Shown here piece by piece: positions 41,343 through 54,050 of a DNA stretch of 57,427 nucleotides. The stretch covers positions 29,843-87,269 of the forward strand of contig JAQGDQ010000853.1 in NCBI GenBank assembly GCA_030141605.1, in the 5' to 3' direction. Each line of letters begins with the position of its first letter. Position 1 is the stretch's first letter. Both the position numbers and the translations under genes were made by a program. A model generated the notes under the pieces. It worked only from the letters and a program-made list of their open reading frames with translations. It was not told the origin of the DNA and did no database searches. Source of the DNA: Tubiluchus corallicola. Lineage: Eukaryota; Animalia; Priapulida.

Positions 41343-41849
41343 ATGGACGCTGAGAATAGGGTTATCGTCAACGTGGGTGGAATTCGCCACGAGACATACA
41401 AGGCTACATTGAAGAAGATACCAGCAACTAGACTTTCTAGGCTTACGGAAGCCCTAGCAAACTATGATCCCGTGTTAAACGAGTACTTCTTTGACCGACA
41501 TCCGGGTGTTTTTGCCCAAGTTCTTAATTACTACCGTTCTGGGAAGCTGCACTACCCCACTGATGTCTGCGGCCCACTGTTTGAAGAGGAACTGGAGTTC
41601 TGGGGGTTGGATGCTAATCAGGTGGAACCGTGTTGCTGGATGACGTACACTCAGCACCGTGACACTCAGCAAACGCTTGCCGTGTTAGATCGGTTAGATC
41701 TGGACACAGAGAAACCAAGCGACGAAGACGTGGCAAGAAAATTCGGGATCGAAGAGGAGTATTTCTCCGGAAGTATATCCTGTTGGAAGAAATTTCAGCC
41801 CAAAGTTTGGGCTCTTTTTGATGAGCCTTACTCTTCCAAAGCAGCAAAG
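41343..41849 (+). CDS. Shaw: Shaw/Kv3 voltage-gated K+ channel, first coding exon (T1/BTB tetramerisation domain)
   Basis: [34 protein letters not shown]...EYFFDRHP...EEELEFWGL...VEPCCW...[12 protein letters not shown] closely matches Drosophila-type Shaw. Acceptor tttcag ends at 41309. An in-frame TGA at 41334-41336 precedes ATG 41343. Donor aag|gtgagt follows 41849 (507 nt, phase 0). Confidence 0.97.
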
Positions 41850-41989
41850 GTGAGTTTTACTCTTCCAAAGCAGCAGAGGTGAGTTCAGCTGCTGTCTTTA
41901 TCAATCATTCGTTCTTTTGTGTGTTTTAAACTGTAACGACTATCATAAGACGATACAATTCTTCACATTTAATAAAAAACTGGAAACAA

Positions 41990-42590
41990 TCTTAAACTGT
42001 TGATGAAAACAATCTACTCCTTGAAATATTGAAAGGAAACTTACAATTTTTTTCAAAAATGATTTACGTGAAAGAATTATCACCACACAAACACAATTTC
42101 ACGTTTGCGTCGCTAGTTCTTCACTGTTACATGCATTTCAGTATTTGTTATTTAGATGGGCACTAGCGTCTGTATATTGTAAACACGTTGCATGAAAAAC
42201 AGGTGCTTTACCTCTCAGTTCAGAGCTGCTCGTTTGTGACGTAATACACACGTTTGACAGGTCGTGCGTGCGCACGGCAATAAATTTAAAACGTCACTTT
42301 TTAACTTAAAAGTTGCCGAGCTTTATATATTACACTGAATATGGCACAGGAGCACTGTATTTCAATTTTCGCTTTTCCAAACATATTCAACACGCTCGTG
42401 GAATCTTTTTGAAAATCGGGTTAGTTTGTGACGTCATCACTAGTTGGGCTCGCCCACCGTTATTTAAGTTTTTAACCTGTTATTTAATTATCAGAAATGC
42501 TTTGGCTATGCTGTAGGTGTTAAAATCTATTTTACCGTACTTCAAAATGGGGTAGCATAAGAAAAATGTTTTTTTATCCTGTTCCCTTAT
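41990..42590 (+). mobile_element. Kolobok-like family copy
   Basis: aaaacaatctactcc..gaattatcaccacacaaac..gtttgtgacgtcatc..aaaatggggtagc. Confidence 0.6.
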
Positions 42591-42839
42591 TCCCTGTTTT
42601 TATCCTGTTTTTGGGAATAGGTTTTTGTTTTTTTCTAACACAACAAGTACTTGCATTGTTTATTATGTAGTTGTAAGAGACCCGCTTTGATTAAAGGGGA
42701 TGAAAAGGCAATCTTAAAGCATATCCCCAAATGCTTCAAACACAAAGTTGTATTATTTTGCATTACGGTTACCTGCTTGAAACACTTACATACTGAAAAG
42801 AAGCCAAGAAGCCATACGTGTTTACGAAAGCGAGTATTG

Positions 42840-43140
42840 AAGTACTGTGCTACTGTAGGATATTCAGCGTGTTACACTAAAATTCAGCAATTTTAAATAT
42901 AAAAATTCAAATTTCAAATTTTTGCGCTGTGCGCACGTATGACCTGGAGAACGTGTGTATTACGTCACAAACTAACACATCTGAACTGAGAGGAAGAGCA
43001 GCTGTTTTTATGCAGCGCGTTTCCTAGTGCTCGTCTAACTAGCAAATGGCGAAATGCATGTAACAGTGAAGAACTAGTGGCGCCAGTGTGTTTGTGTGGT
43101 AATAATTCTTTCACGAGTGTCATTTTTAAAAAACAATTTT
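42840..43140 (-). mobile_element. Kolobok-like family partial copy
   Basis: gtttgtgtggtaataattctttcac and tcacaaactaacacatctgaactgag are reverse complements of family sequence. Confidence 0.55.
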
Positions 43141-43182
43141 TAACAAGTGATTATATGGAAAAGGACGATTACACGACGAGAA

Positions 43183-43800
43183 AAAACATAGATAAATGCT
43201 ACGTTTTAGGTAGAGAAAAAATACAGCTAAATACTACGTTTTAGGCAGAGGAAAAATAGAGCTAAATGCTACGTTTTAGGCAGAGAAAAAATAGAGCCAA
43301 ATTCTACGTTTTAGGCAGAGGAAAAATAGAGCTAAATGCTACGTTTTAGGCAGAGGAAAAATAAAGCTAAATGCTACGTTTTAGGCAGAGGAAAAATAGA
43401 GCTAAATGCTACGTTTTATGTAGAGAAAAAATAGAGCTAAATGCTACGTTTTAGGCAGAGGAAAAATAGAGCTAAATGCTACGTTTTAGGCAGGGGAAAA
43501 ATAGAGCCAAATGCTACGTTTTAGGCAGAGAAAAAATAGAGCCAAATGCTACGTTTTAGGCAGAGGAAAAATAGAGAAAATGCTACGTTTTAGGCAGAGG
43601 AAAAATAGAGCTAAATGCTACGTTTTAGGCAGAGGAAATATAGAGCCAAATGCTACGTTTTAGGCAGAGGAAAAATAGAGCCAAATGCTACGTTTTAGGC
43701 AGAGGAAAAATAGAGCCAAATGCTACGTTTTATGTAGAGAAAAAATAAAGCTAAATGCTACGTTTTAGGCAGAGGAAAAATAAAGCTAAATGCTACGTTT
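43183..43800. repeat. 35-bp minisatellite, ~17 copies
   Basis: gctaaatgctacgttttaggcagaggaaaaataga. Confidence 0.96.
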
Positions 43801-44100
43801 AACCTATTGGCTACATTAGGTTAACGACTACATCAAAATGAAACAATATACAAAACACAAATACAATGATTACATACCGAGAACTGGCTACGGATTATCC
43901 TCGACAAGGAGGAGGTGGAGTACCATAACGTGATGGTATGACACCCCAACCTAGCTAGGAAAATTTTGACAAGATTACAACTATATATATATATGTACCG
44001 TCTGAGAAGGACGCCTTTATGCAAGTGATTACACGGCTAATTGAGAATGAATCCAAAAGTAGTTTACATAGAGTTAAATGTAGACTATATAAGGTTTGTA

Positions 44101-44421
44101 AGGGTGGATCCATGCCAACCATGAGGGCGGATCCATGCAATCATGAATGTAAACACTTTCACTCGAGGGCGGATCCATGCAACCATGAATGTAAACACTT
44201 TCACTCGAGGGCGGATCCATGCAACCATGAATGTAAACACTTTCACTCGAGGGTGGATCCATGCAACCATGAATGTAAACACTTTCACTCGAGGGTGGAT
44301 CCATGCAACCATGAATGTAAACACTTTCACTCGAGGGTGGATCCATGCAACCATGAATGTAAACACTTTCACTCGAGGGTGGATCCATGCAACCATGAAT
44401 GTAAACACTTTCACTCGAGGG
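44101..44421. repeat. 42-bp minisatellite, ~7 copies
   Basis: ggatccatgcaaccatgaatgtaaacactttcactcgagggt. Confidence 0.96.
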
Positions 44422-44966
44422 GCGCCATAATGGCGTTGTTCACGAGAAACGTGCAATAAAACCATCTGAATGAAAATGAATGATATTACACAGGAAATTA
44501 AAAAGAGTAGCTCACATCCGATAAGCCACTACATTATCATGCAGTATTTGAGGTTATCAAAACAATTTATGAGGAAGCCATTCGCGTCGGTGTTTATCAA
44601 AGAACAACAAGTGAATTCCCTGAGCGTGACTGAGTGCTGGTATCATCTACTTTGTTATCACAGCGCCTCTATGGTCTGCAACTTACAAAAACTCCACTCA
44701 AAGGCGTTCTTGTCTCGCAGGGCATCTCTGCAATCAGATTTTGGATTGGCTTATCTGGACTAGAGAGGACGCGTCTCCTTGGAGACGTAAACCGATGTAA
44801 TTATTCCTACCAGGTTGTCGGCGAGGCTGCAGACCTAACAGTAACACAGACAACTTCCAGAGCATTTATTAATAAAACAATGCAACTTTCATTAAAAAAA
44901 CTTAAATTTACAACTGCTTTACAAATAGCAAATCACGTATTTATTATTAAAACGTACAACTTTTAT

Positions 44967-45303
<337 letters not shown>

Positions 45304-45461
45304 CTTTATTAAGAACGAAATATATTTAATATTAAATTTGGTTATTTACCATTATATTTTCATATAATATAACAGTTATTTAACTTTCATACATTCCACA
45401 GCAATTATAACGTACTTTATCACTCCCATGAAACACTAAAATAACAAATATTATCAGTGAT

Positions 45462-45838
45462 TTTTTTGGAAATTTTGACCAAACAGCATGCGGAAAAAAC
45501 GTTCTAGCGGCGCCTGGCGGGACTCTCGGAAGGAGATATATGACTCTTTAGAAAGAGCAAGAACAGGGCTACACGATGATGTGGGCTGCATTGTAGGACA
45601 CGTCCACCAAAAGGAATGCCAACGAGTTAATTAGAGTGTTCTATTTTTGGCGATTTTCGCTTGGAAAACTGCTGACGCAAAGCCATTGTTCTGACGTCAT
45701 CCATTACCTTAAACTTTAATTCAGTAAAAGCTTCTGGCTTTGTGTTAAGTAAGTAAACAAACACTAGGTAGGATGTTCGCGTATTTTTGATTACGAGTGG
45801 ATTTATACGCAAAATTTTTTTGCGGGGCCTTTGCTAGT
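45462..45838 (+). mobile_element. Second copy of the 30365-30760 repeat
   Basis: Direct alignment by eye; ends ggggcctttgctagt. Confidence 0.55.
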
Positions 45839-46248
45839 GTATAATACTGCTATTAGAGGATTCTTTAATTTTCCTAGATGCAAGCTAAATGTACGTTAGC
45901 TACGATGGACCACGTTTTTTCCGCATACACAGGAAAGCTGTGTTTAGTTTCAGAAGCAGGCTGTTTCTGACTCAGAATACTGATACAATGTACTAAGTTT
46001 TTCATGCATACGTAGCAAGGATGTATTTAGTCTCAGAAGTAGGCTGTTTTTGAGTCAGAATACTTTTAGTAATAGCTTACTGTACAATACTGATAGAATT
46101 TTAAGATCGAATATTTTTAAGTGGGTGGCAGAGAATTTTATTTACCCATTCTAACTAATCCTTTCTTGTATATAAGCTGACTATGTTTCTGTAAACAAAC
46201 TCCCGTGTTTTTTATACCTGTGCCTTATTTTTATTGTTCTATTGTGTG

Positions 46249-46826
46249 TATGAATCATTAAACTCAACAAGTTACTGCTAGATTCCAAATCATTAATATA
46301 AATTAAAAACAAAAGAGGACCGAGAACAGAACCTTGAGGTAGTCCAGTTGTGATATTGCAGAGTTGTGACTATGAATCATTAAACTCAACGTGTATACGG
46401 TTTTCGATTATTCAAGGTAACTGGAGAGCAGTGCTATAGAATTATTAGCCAAACGGTAATATCTGAGTTTATGAAGCAAAATTGCGTGGTCTAGCAAATC
46501 AAAAGCGTTGCGTAAATCCATAAAAATGACTAGAAATTGTTCACCGCAATTGAACCCATTAATAATATGGTCTACTAATTCTGCTGCAGAAAGCTCTGTG
46601 GAGTGCTGCTTCGTACGAAAGCTGTACTGGATGGAAAATATTAGAAATGCATAAATCATTAATCATTAATATAAATTAAAAACAAAATAGGACCGAGAAC
46701 AGAACCTTGAGGAAGTCCAGTTGTCATATCGCAGTTTTAGTTGAAATATTCATGAAGCTGATTGTAAATGTAATTCTTTCAAATGTTTTTCAGATTCTGA
46801 GACAACATGTAAATGTCTAAAGTAAA
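46249..46826 (-). mobile_element. Inverted near-identical copy of LINE RT block 19892-20468
   Basis: The 83-aa ORFs 20059..20310(+) and 46408..46659(-) are identical. Confidence 0.92.
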
Positions 46827-46875
46827 ATAAATAAATGCTGCTACATCACATCTTTAGATTGTAAACAGTACATGT

Positions 46876-49800
46876 TCTATGGTGTAGGTTCTGCTTATAT
46901 AAACTGGTTGTTGTTTGTATAGTGTACGACTGATGATGACAGCTGATTGCTGTTCAAAAGCCAAACTAATAAATAGACAGACCAGTAGAAAAGAAATTGA
47001 TACAGTAATAGATAGCAAAGTGTTTGAAAATAAAGTTAATAGAATTGAACTACTTTGCACATTAAGGGAAGGCTTAATGATAGAGTAATAGATAGCTAAG
47101 TGTTTGAAAATAAAGTTAATGGAATTGAACTACTTTGCACATTAAGAAAAGGCTTATTGATACAGTAATAGATAGCTAAGTGTTTGAAAATAAAGTTAAT
47201 GGAATTGAACTACTTTGCACATTAAGAGAAGGCTTATTGATACAGTAACAGATAGCTAAGTGTTTGAAAATAAAGTTAAAGGAATTGAACTACTTTGCAC
47301 ATTAAGAGAAGGCTTATTGATACAGTAATAGATAACTAAGTGTTTGAAAATAAAGTTAATGGAATTGAACTACTTTGCACATTAAGAGAAGGTTTACTGA
47401 TACAGTAATAGGTAGCTAAGTGTTTGAAAATAAAGTTAATGGAATTGAACTACTTTGCACATTAAGAGAAGGCTTATTGATACAGTAATAGATAGCTAAG
47501 TGTTTGAAAATAAAATTAAAGGAATTGAACTACTTTGCACATTAAGAGAAGGTTTACTGATACAGTAATAGATAGCTAAGTGTTTTTGAAAATAAAGTTA
47601 ATGGAATTGAACTACTTTGCACATTAAGAAAAGGCTTATTGATACAGTAATAGATAACTAAGTGTTTGAAAATAAAATTAAAGGAATTGAACTACTTTGC
47701 ACATTAAGAGAAGGCTTATTGATACAGTAATAGATAGCTAAGTGTTTGAAAATAAAGTTAATGGAATTGAACTACTTTGCACATTAAGAGAAGGCTTATT
47801 GATACAGTAATAGATAGCTAAGTGTTTGAAAATAAAGTTAATGGAATTGAACTACTTTGCACATTAAGAAAAGGCTTATTGATACAGTAATAGGTAGCTA
47901 AGTGTTTGAAAATAAAGTTAATGGAATTGAACTACTTTGCACATTAAGAGAAGGCTTAATGATACAGCAATAGATAGCTAAGTGTTTGAAAATAAAGTTA
48001 ATGGAATTGAACTACTTTGCACATTAAGAGAAGGCTTAATGATACAGTAATAGATAGCTAAGTGTTTGAAAATAAAGTTAATGGAATTGAACTACTTTGC
48101 ACATTAAGAGAAGGCTTATTGATACAGTAACAGATAGCTAAGTGTTTGAAAATAAAGTTAAAGGAATTGAACTACTTTGCACATTAAGAGAAGGCTTATT
48201 GATACAGTAATAGATAGCTAAGTGTTTGAAAATAAAGTTAATGGAATTGAACTACTTTGCACATTAAGAGAAGGCTTATTGATACAGTAATAGGTAGCTA
48301 AGTGTTTGAAAATAAAGTTAATGGAATTGAACTACTTTGCACATTAAGAGAAGGCTTATTGATACAGTAATAGGTAGCTAAGTGTTTGAAAATAAAGTTA
48401 ATGGAATTGAACTACTTTGCACATTTAGAGAAGGCTTATTGATACAGTAATAGATAGCTAAGTGTTTGAAAATAAAGTTAATGGAATTGAACTACTTTGC
48501 ACATTAAGAGAAGGCTTATTGATACAGTAATAGATAGCTAAGTGTTTGAAAATAAAGTTAATGGAATTGAACTACTTTGCACATTAAGAAAAGGCTTATT
48601 GATACAGTAATAGATAGCTAAGTGTTTGAAAATAAAGTTAATGGAATTGAACTACTTTGCACATTAAGAAAAGGCTTATTGATACAGTAATAGATAGCTA
48701 AGTGTTTGAAAATAAAGTTAATGGAATTGAACTACTTTGCACATTAAGAGAAGGCTTATTGATACAGTAATAGATAGCTAAGTGTTTGAAAATAAAGTTA
48801 ATGGAATTGAACTACTTTGCACATTAAGAGAAGGCTTATTGATACAGTAATAGGTAGCTAAGTGTTTGAAAATAAAGTTAATGGAATTGAACTACTTTGC
48901 ACATTAAGAGAAGGCTTATTGATACAGTAATAGATAGCTAAGTGTTTGAAAATAAAGTTAATGGAATTGAACTACTTTGCACATTAAGAGAAGGCTTATT
49001 GATACAGTAATAGATAGCTAAGTGTTTGAAAATAAAGTTAATGGAATTGAACTACTTTGCACATTAAGAAAAGGCTTATTGATACAGTAATAGGTAGCTA
49101 AATGTTTGAAAATAAAGTTAAAGGAATTGAACTACTTTGCACATTAAGAAAAGGCTTATTGATACAGTAATAGGTAGCTAAGTGTTTGAAAATAAAGTTA
49201 ATGGAATTGAACTACTTTGCACATTAAGAGAAGGCTTATTGATACAGTAATAGATAGCTAAGTGTTTGAAAATAAAGTTAATGGAATTGAACTACTTTGC
49301 ACATTAAGAGAAGGCTTATTGATACAGTAATAGATAGCTAAGTGTTTGAAAATAAAGTTAATGGAATTGAACTACTTTGCACATTAAGAGAAGGCTTATT
49401 GATACAGTAATAGATAGCTAAGTGTTTGAAAATAAAGTTAATGGAATTGAACTACTTTGCACATTTAGAGAAGGCTTATTGATACAGTAATAGATAGCTA
49501 AGTGTTTGAAAATAAAGTTAATGGAATTGAACTACTTTGCACATTAAGAAAAGGCTTATTGATACAGTAATAGATAGCTAAGTGTTTGAAAATAAAGTTA
49601 ATGGAATTGAACTACTTTGCACATTTAGAGAAGGCTTATTGATACAGTAATAGATAGCTAAGTGTTTGAAAATAAAGTTAATGGAATTGAACTACTTTGC
49701 ACATTAAGAGAAGGCTTATTGATACAGTAATAGATAGCTAAGTGTTTGAAAATAAAGTTAATGGAATTGAACTACTTTGCACATTAAGAAAAGGCTTATT

Positions 49801-50947
49801 GATACAGTAATAGATAGCTAAGTGTTTGAAAATAAAGTTAATGGAATTGAACTACTTTGCACATTTAGAGAAGGCTTATTGATACAGTAATAGATAGCTA
49901 AGTGTTTGAAAATAAACTTAATAGAATTGAACTACTTTGCACATTAAGAGAAGGCTTATTGATACAGTAATAGATAGCTAAGTGTTTGAAAATAAAGTTA
50001 ATGGAATTGAACTACTTTGTACATTAAGAGAAGGCTTATTGATACAGTAATAGGTAGCTAAGTGCTTGAAAATAAAGTTAATGGAATTGAACTACTTTGC
50101 ACATTAAGAGAAGGCTTATTGATACAGTAATAGATAACTAAGTGTTTGAAAATAAAGTTAATGGAATTGAACTACTTTGCACATTAAGAGAAGGTTTATT
50201 GATACAGTAATAGGTAGCTAAGTGTTTGAAAATAAAGTTAATGGAATTGAACTACTTTGCACATTAAGAGAAGGCTTATTGATACAGTAATAGATAGCTA
50301 AGTGTTTGAAAATAAAATTAAAGGAATTGAACTACTTTGCACATTAAGAGAAGGTTTACTGATACAGTAATAGATAGCTAAGTGTTTGAAAATAAAGTTA
50401 ATGGAATTGAACTACTTTGCACATTAAGAAAAGGCTTATTGATACAGTAATAGATAACTAAGTGTTTGAAAATAAAATTAAAGGAATTGAACTACTTTGC
50501 ACATTAAGAGAAGGCTTATTGATACAGTAATAGATAGCTAAGTGTTTGAAAATAAAGTTAATGGAATTGAACTACTTTGCACATTAAGAGAAGGCTTATT
50601 GATACAGTAATAGATAGCTAAGTGTTTGAAAATAAAGTTAATGGAATTGAACTACTTTGCACATTAAGAAAAGGCTTATTGATACAGTAATAGATAGCTA
50701 AGTGTTTGAAAATAAAGTTAATGGAATTGAACTGCTTTGCACATTAAGAGAAGGCTTATTGATACAGTAATAGATAGCTAAGTGTTTGAAAATAAAGTTA
50801 AAGGAATTGAACTACTTTGCACATTAGGAAAAGGCTTATTAGGGTACATAGATAAACTGGTTGTTATTTGTATAATGTAGCACTGATGATGACAGCTGGA
50901 TGCTCTCGAAACATTTGGACATGTTTTTAAACGGTTGTTAATAAAAT
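46876..50947 (+). mobile_element. Penelope-like pseudo-LTR partial tandem enclosing an 80-bp satellite
   Basis: ctgatgatgacagc cores at ~46930 (broken before GAAA) and 50883 in direct orientation; AATAAA at ~50940; interior is the reverse complement of 17212-17615. Confidence 0.65.
46997..50840. repeat. 80-bp satellite, ~48 copies
   Basis: gatacagtaatagatagctaagtgtttgaaaataaagttaatggaattgaactactttgcacattaagagaaggcttatt. Confidence 0.98.
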
Positions 50948-51257
50948 TCGTACGTTTTAATAATAAATACGGGATTTGTTAATTTGGCTTCTGAAACTAA
51001 TATGGAATTTATTGTGACCAATCACAAACAAGGTATAAATTTCAACTTCTCCGCAGGCTGCGCAGCGAAAATGCCCAAGGTGCAACTTAAGGAAATGGCT
51101 TCCTTCGTACAAAAGGGACTGCTCATGATGCGACGGATTCCCTTGCGCAAAAAGCTTTATTGACTGTTTTGCCTGGCGACTCGCTTCTGTTGTTGCTCAT
51201 TTTTCCCGGCAAAACAGTTTCATTGAATCTCTTTGAAGAATTTTTATAACTTTCGGC

Positions 51258-51986
51258 CAGTGGCGGCTCGAGTATAGGTACCGTGGTACTGCAGCACCCC
51301 CTGTGGCGGTTTATGTATGAGTACCGTGGTACTGCAGCAACCCCTGTGGCGGCTCGTGTATAAGTACCGTGGTACTGCAGCACCCCCTGTGGCGGCTCGT
51401 GTATGAGTGCCGTGGTACTGCAGCACCCCCTGTGGCGGCTCGTGTATAAGTACCGTGGAACTGCAGCACCCCCTGTGGCGGCTCGTGTATAAGTACCGTG
51501 GTACTGCAGCACCCCCTGTGGCGGCTCGTGTATGAGTATCGTGGTACTGCAGCACCCCTTTGGCGGCTTGTGTATAGGTACCGTGGTACTGCAGCACCCC
51601 CTGTGGCGGCTCGTGTATAGGTACCGTGGTACTGCAGCACCCCCTGTGGCGGCTCGTGTATAAGTAGCGTGGTACTGCAGCGCCCTCAGTGGCAGCTCGT
51701 GTATAAGTACCGTGGTACTGCAGCGCCCCCTGTGGCGGCTCGTGTATAAGTGCCGTGTTACTGCAGCACCCCCTGGCGGCTCGTGTATAAGTAGCGTGGT
51801 ACTGCAGCGCCCCCTGTGGCGGCTCGTGCATAAGTAGCGTGGTACTGCAGCGCCCCCAGTGGCGGCTCCTGTATAAGTACCGTGTTACTGCAGCACCCCC
51901 TGGCGGCTCGTGTATAAGTAGCGTGGTACTGCAGCGCCCCCAGTGGCAGCTCGTGCATAAGTAGCGTGGTACTGCAGCGCCCCCTG
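51258..51986. repeat. 43-bp minisatellite made of the MITE left terminus, ~17 copies
   Basis: gtggcggctcgtgtataagtaccgtggtactgcagcaccccct. Confidence 0.95.
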
Positions 51987-52401
51987 TTTTCACTCATTTT
52001 TATTGATAATATTCAATATAATAGTTCTTCTTTCATTTGCTCCTTTTTTATACTTATGCGGAGGTTCAGTGCACGTGAGAGATGTACAATTTGCTTTGTG
52101 TTGTTTGGCTGTTGTGCGCATGCGGCCATGCGCAGTAGTCTCAGATAACACGCTGCACACGATCGTGTGCTGCTAGGTAGAGAAAGTACTGTCTCTGTGA
52201 CTGTAAGTGAAGTACAACAGCTTAATTTTTCACAGTTGTCTCTCCGTGAGAAAGTTGCAGTTAAGAAAAGAGCCAGTTCAACACCCGATCTTCAAATGTA
52301 ACTACAGCATAAAACTACATGTTTGCTACGTTTTACACAGTATTAAAGCAATGGCTAAAATTTCCTAAAGCAGCAGCACCCCCAGCTACGAGCCGCCACT
52401 G
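51258..52401. mobile_element. Non-autonomous hAT-type element (MITE) with 8-bp TSD
   Basis: TIR cagtggcggctcg ... cgagccgccactg; TSD ctttcggc at 51250-51257 and 52402-52409. Confidence 0.9.
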
Positions 52402-52619
52402 CTTTCGGCACATGTTGTGGCGACAGTTAGCCAGTTAAGTTGTGGATTCCACGAAGAGAAATGCATTCGAAGCTGACAAGCCGCTCTGGCACCGTTCATC
52501 TTATTGCCCATAGGGCTTCGATTGCGTAAAAAAAATCTTTGGGAATTGGCTGGCTTCTCATAAGGCCTATAAAGTAGGATTTATGCAGATATCGCCTGCC
52601 TGACCAAACCAAATTGGAT

Positions 52620-53175
52620 CTAATCTTAATCTATAGCTCAAACAATCTGGCTTGTAGATATTGAAAGGGAACATACTATTTTCAAGAATGAGTAACGCGA
52701 AGGAATTATTACCACGGAAATGTAATTTCGCAGCTACGTCTTCTCTGTTACATGCATTCCTTTATTCGCTAGCTTATGGCGCCTGCATCTCGAAAACCCG
52801 TAATGCAAAAAGCGGGTGCTGTAACTTTCAGTTCAGAGGTGTTCAGTTGTGACGTTGTGCACATTTTCGTGTTCTTGCTCGTCAGCACAGCAGCAAATTT
52901 GAAATTGACTTAACATTGTACATCACACTGAATGTTGTACAGTAGCACTGTACTTCAATTTTCTCTTTCACAAACACGTGCCACCCTCTCGTGGAATATT
53001 TTTGCTGTTGAAAATTGTGTTAGTTTGTGATGTCATCAGTAGTTGGGCTCGTTCGCCGTTAATTAAGTTTTTGATCTAATATTTAATTATCACAAGCACT
53101 TTGGAAGTATTAATTGTGTTAAATACGTATTCATTTGGGAGTATTCAAAATTTGGTAGGATATGAAAAATACTGT
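52620..53175 (+). mobile_element. Kolobok-like family copy
   Basis: atattgaaagggaacatactatttt..gaattattaccac..gtttgtgatgtcatcagtagttgggctcg..tatgaaaaat. Confidence 0.6.
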
Positions 53176-53324
53176 TTCAGTTTAAAGTAACACTTTACAG
53201 AAATTGCCTGCCTGACTGACTGTATATACCGTAAACTGGTATCAATGAAACCGAATTGTTGTTTGTTTTGCCAGAATCCAAAATGCTGTAACACGAAAGA
53301 GCCAAAACTTCTAGGAATCACCAT

Positions 53325-53560
53325 GTTTATGAAGCCACGATCGTTTTGGCTATTGAAGCCATTTTCAAACTATAAATGAAGCCAAAAAAGAAGAATAAAT
53401 TATACATGAATGCTACAAAGGCACAAACTGAAACTGGAAAGCAACAGATTAGAATTTAACTTATCAAAATAAACCAAGTTGTAGTGGAAGAGTGAAGAAT
53501 TGGCTTCATTTATAGTTTGACAATGGCTTCAATAGCCAAAACGATCGTCGCTTAATAAAC
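53325..53560. repeat. Foldback with ~61-bp inverted arms
   Basis: gtttatgaagccacgatcgttttggctattgaagccattttcaaactataaatgaagccaa, with its near-perfect reverse complement at 53500-53560. Confidence 0.85.
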
Positions 53561-53711
53561 CCAGGAATCTCACCCCTTACAGAAATCATCTCACCCAGTA
53601 GAGAAATATACAAAATTTAACACGTGGGAAGCAAAAAAGAACAGCATATAGTGAACAATTAGTCCATGTCTACATAATGAAAAATCGTAGCAGTAAGCGT
53701 TGTAACAATAA

Positions 53712-54050
53712 TGTCACGCAGGCACCTGTGTCGGGTCAGGTGTAGGGCCCTCTACACGCCCTGCGTCCACGTCAGCAGCGACTCACCCCCTTTTTTGTAG
53801 GTCCAGACGTCCTGTTTGGGCCTACACGTGGTGTGAGAAGCCAGCTGACCTGGAATGCCAGTATAAAGCTTGTAGAGGTCACTACAACCTTGATTTCTGA
53901 CACAGGTGCTCCTCGGGTGTAGTGCTGTTACTGAGTTAGTTAGTTATTTTTTGTGCACGTGTATTTTGGTTCCTTATTTTTATTAGTGCTGATAATAAAC
54001 TCCATACAGTGTAGTTTTTGTGCATTTTATTTTATGAGAGTTAGATGACA
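53712..54050 (+). mobile_element. Possible solo LTR
   Basis: TGTCA...TGACA ends with internal tataaa and aataaa; no target-site duplication seen. Confidence 0.3.
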
